Shown here piece after piece: positions 63,335 to 64,000 of a stretch of DNA of 64,000 nucleotides. Each line of letters begins with the position of its first letter. Positions within the stretch are counted from its first letter, which is position 1. The DNA comes from Hydrolagus colliei (lineage: Eukaryota), in the NCBI GenBank assembly GCA_035084275.1, contig CM068757.1, forward strand, positions 2,790,001-2,854,000, in the 5' to 3' direction. The translations under genes were made by a program, and so were the position numbers. The notes beneath the pieces were generated by a model. The model saw nothing but the letters and a program-made list of their open reading frames with translations. It did not search any database and was not told the origin of the DNA.

Positions 63335-63480
63335 TCGGCAAGTGATTCAGCTGTCGAGAGAATCAGAGCCAAGTTTGCTACTGTCCTCTCCTGACTTCAA
63401 CACACAAGCACTTTCCAGTATGGTCACTGGGGAGCAATCAGGAACAGGAACCCCGCTGGTACTCTCTCTAATCCAGGAAT
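63335..63480 (-). mobile_element. Ancient SINE-like repeat, related to 11700-11965
   Basis: ctgtcctctcctgac...cactttccag...ggtcactggggagcaatcaggaacaggaaccc resembles a repeat recalled from shark genomes. Confidence 0.4.
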
Positions 63481-64000
63481 TAATGTAAATTCATAATTCA
63501 TAGGCCTGGGATAACGCCGCCTACTAAATGACATGGAGCCATTGCAGAAAATGGGGGTGTTTAAAATGCAAGTGCAGCTGCTGAACAGTGGTGGCTGAAA
63601 CCAATGAAATTGTTAATTGACACGTGAACGGATTGATGTTTGTGGCAATCAGTGTCGAACAGACTTATTTCGCCCGGGAATTGGACATATTTTTAATAAA
63701 GAGGGTCGAAGGCATTGATATCCCGCAGGAAATGATTTCAAAATTGCAGCCTCCATCATGGCAAGATCTAGTTGTTACGAAGCAATTGTGGCACGCCTGT
63801 GGATTGGGGTGGAAATTAAAATACAATGGCTTTCCTCATATCATCCTGACAGTCAGGCATTTGCAGGCTCTTTATGACCACCAGCCCCGAGCATTAAAAA
63901 TTTATGTGAAGCAAAAAGAAAGACAAAAGAGTGAGGCATTTAAAGATATGAAGTCTTAAGCGGTTTTACATTGCTGAATTATTCTCTCATCTGCAGTAAA

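Noticed and set aside
9560-64000. Additional protein-coding genes among the short ORFs (for example 13724..14224 and 51515..52054)
   Set aside because: No recognisable domains, many overlap repeats, and I saw no consistent exon chain. Small exons or lncRNAs cannot be excluded without RNA data.

Overview
Eukaryotic (vertebrate) genomic DNA, not prokaryotic. The first 5.3 kb holds the last four coding exons of NELL1 on the + strand (a Ca-binding EGF domain followed by VWC repeats, ending ...CCLVDVDCLHNN*), all with GT-AG introns in consistent phase. A 3' UTR follows, probably long (candidate poly(A) signals at 5765, 6533, 9012 and 9097). The remaining ~55 kb shows no recognisable gene. It looks like a gene desert filled with retroposon debris: a younger tRNA-derived SINE with an L2-type tail (about 20 full or 5'-truncated copies), older full-length Deu-domain (SacSINE1-like) SINEs, 3' ends of L2 and CR1 LINEs, an LF-SINE-like element and a Penelope-like terminal repeat. 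The repeat complement and short introns suggest a cartilaginous fish, possibly a chimaera (inference). I found no new multi-gene system. The best leads are: an inverted SINE pair bracketing two in-frame exons (possible 402-nt circRNA with a stop-free frame), a chimeric tRNA/CORE-like/Deu-like/L2-tail SINE, a CpG-decayed hammerhead-like core, L2 fragments sharing a 5' end, an L2 nested in a SINE, and several templated-insertion scars. Repeat family names come from recalled consensus sequences, not database searches, and repeat boundaries are approximate (about 10-20 nt).
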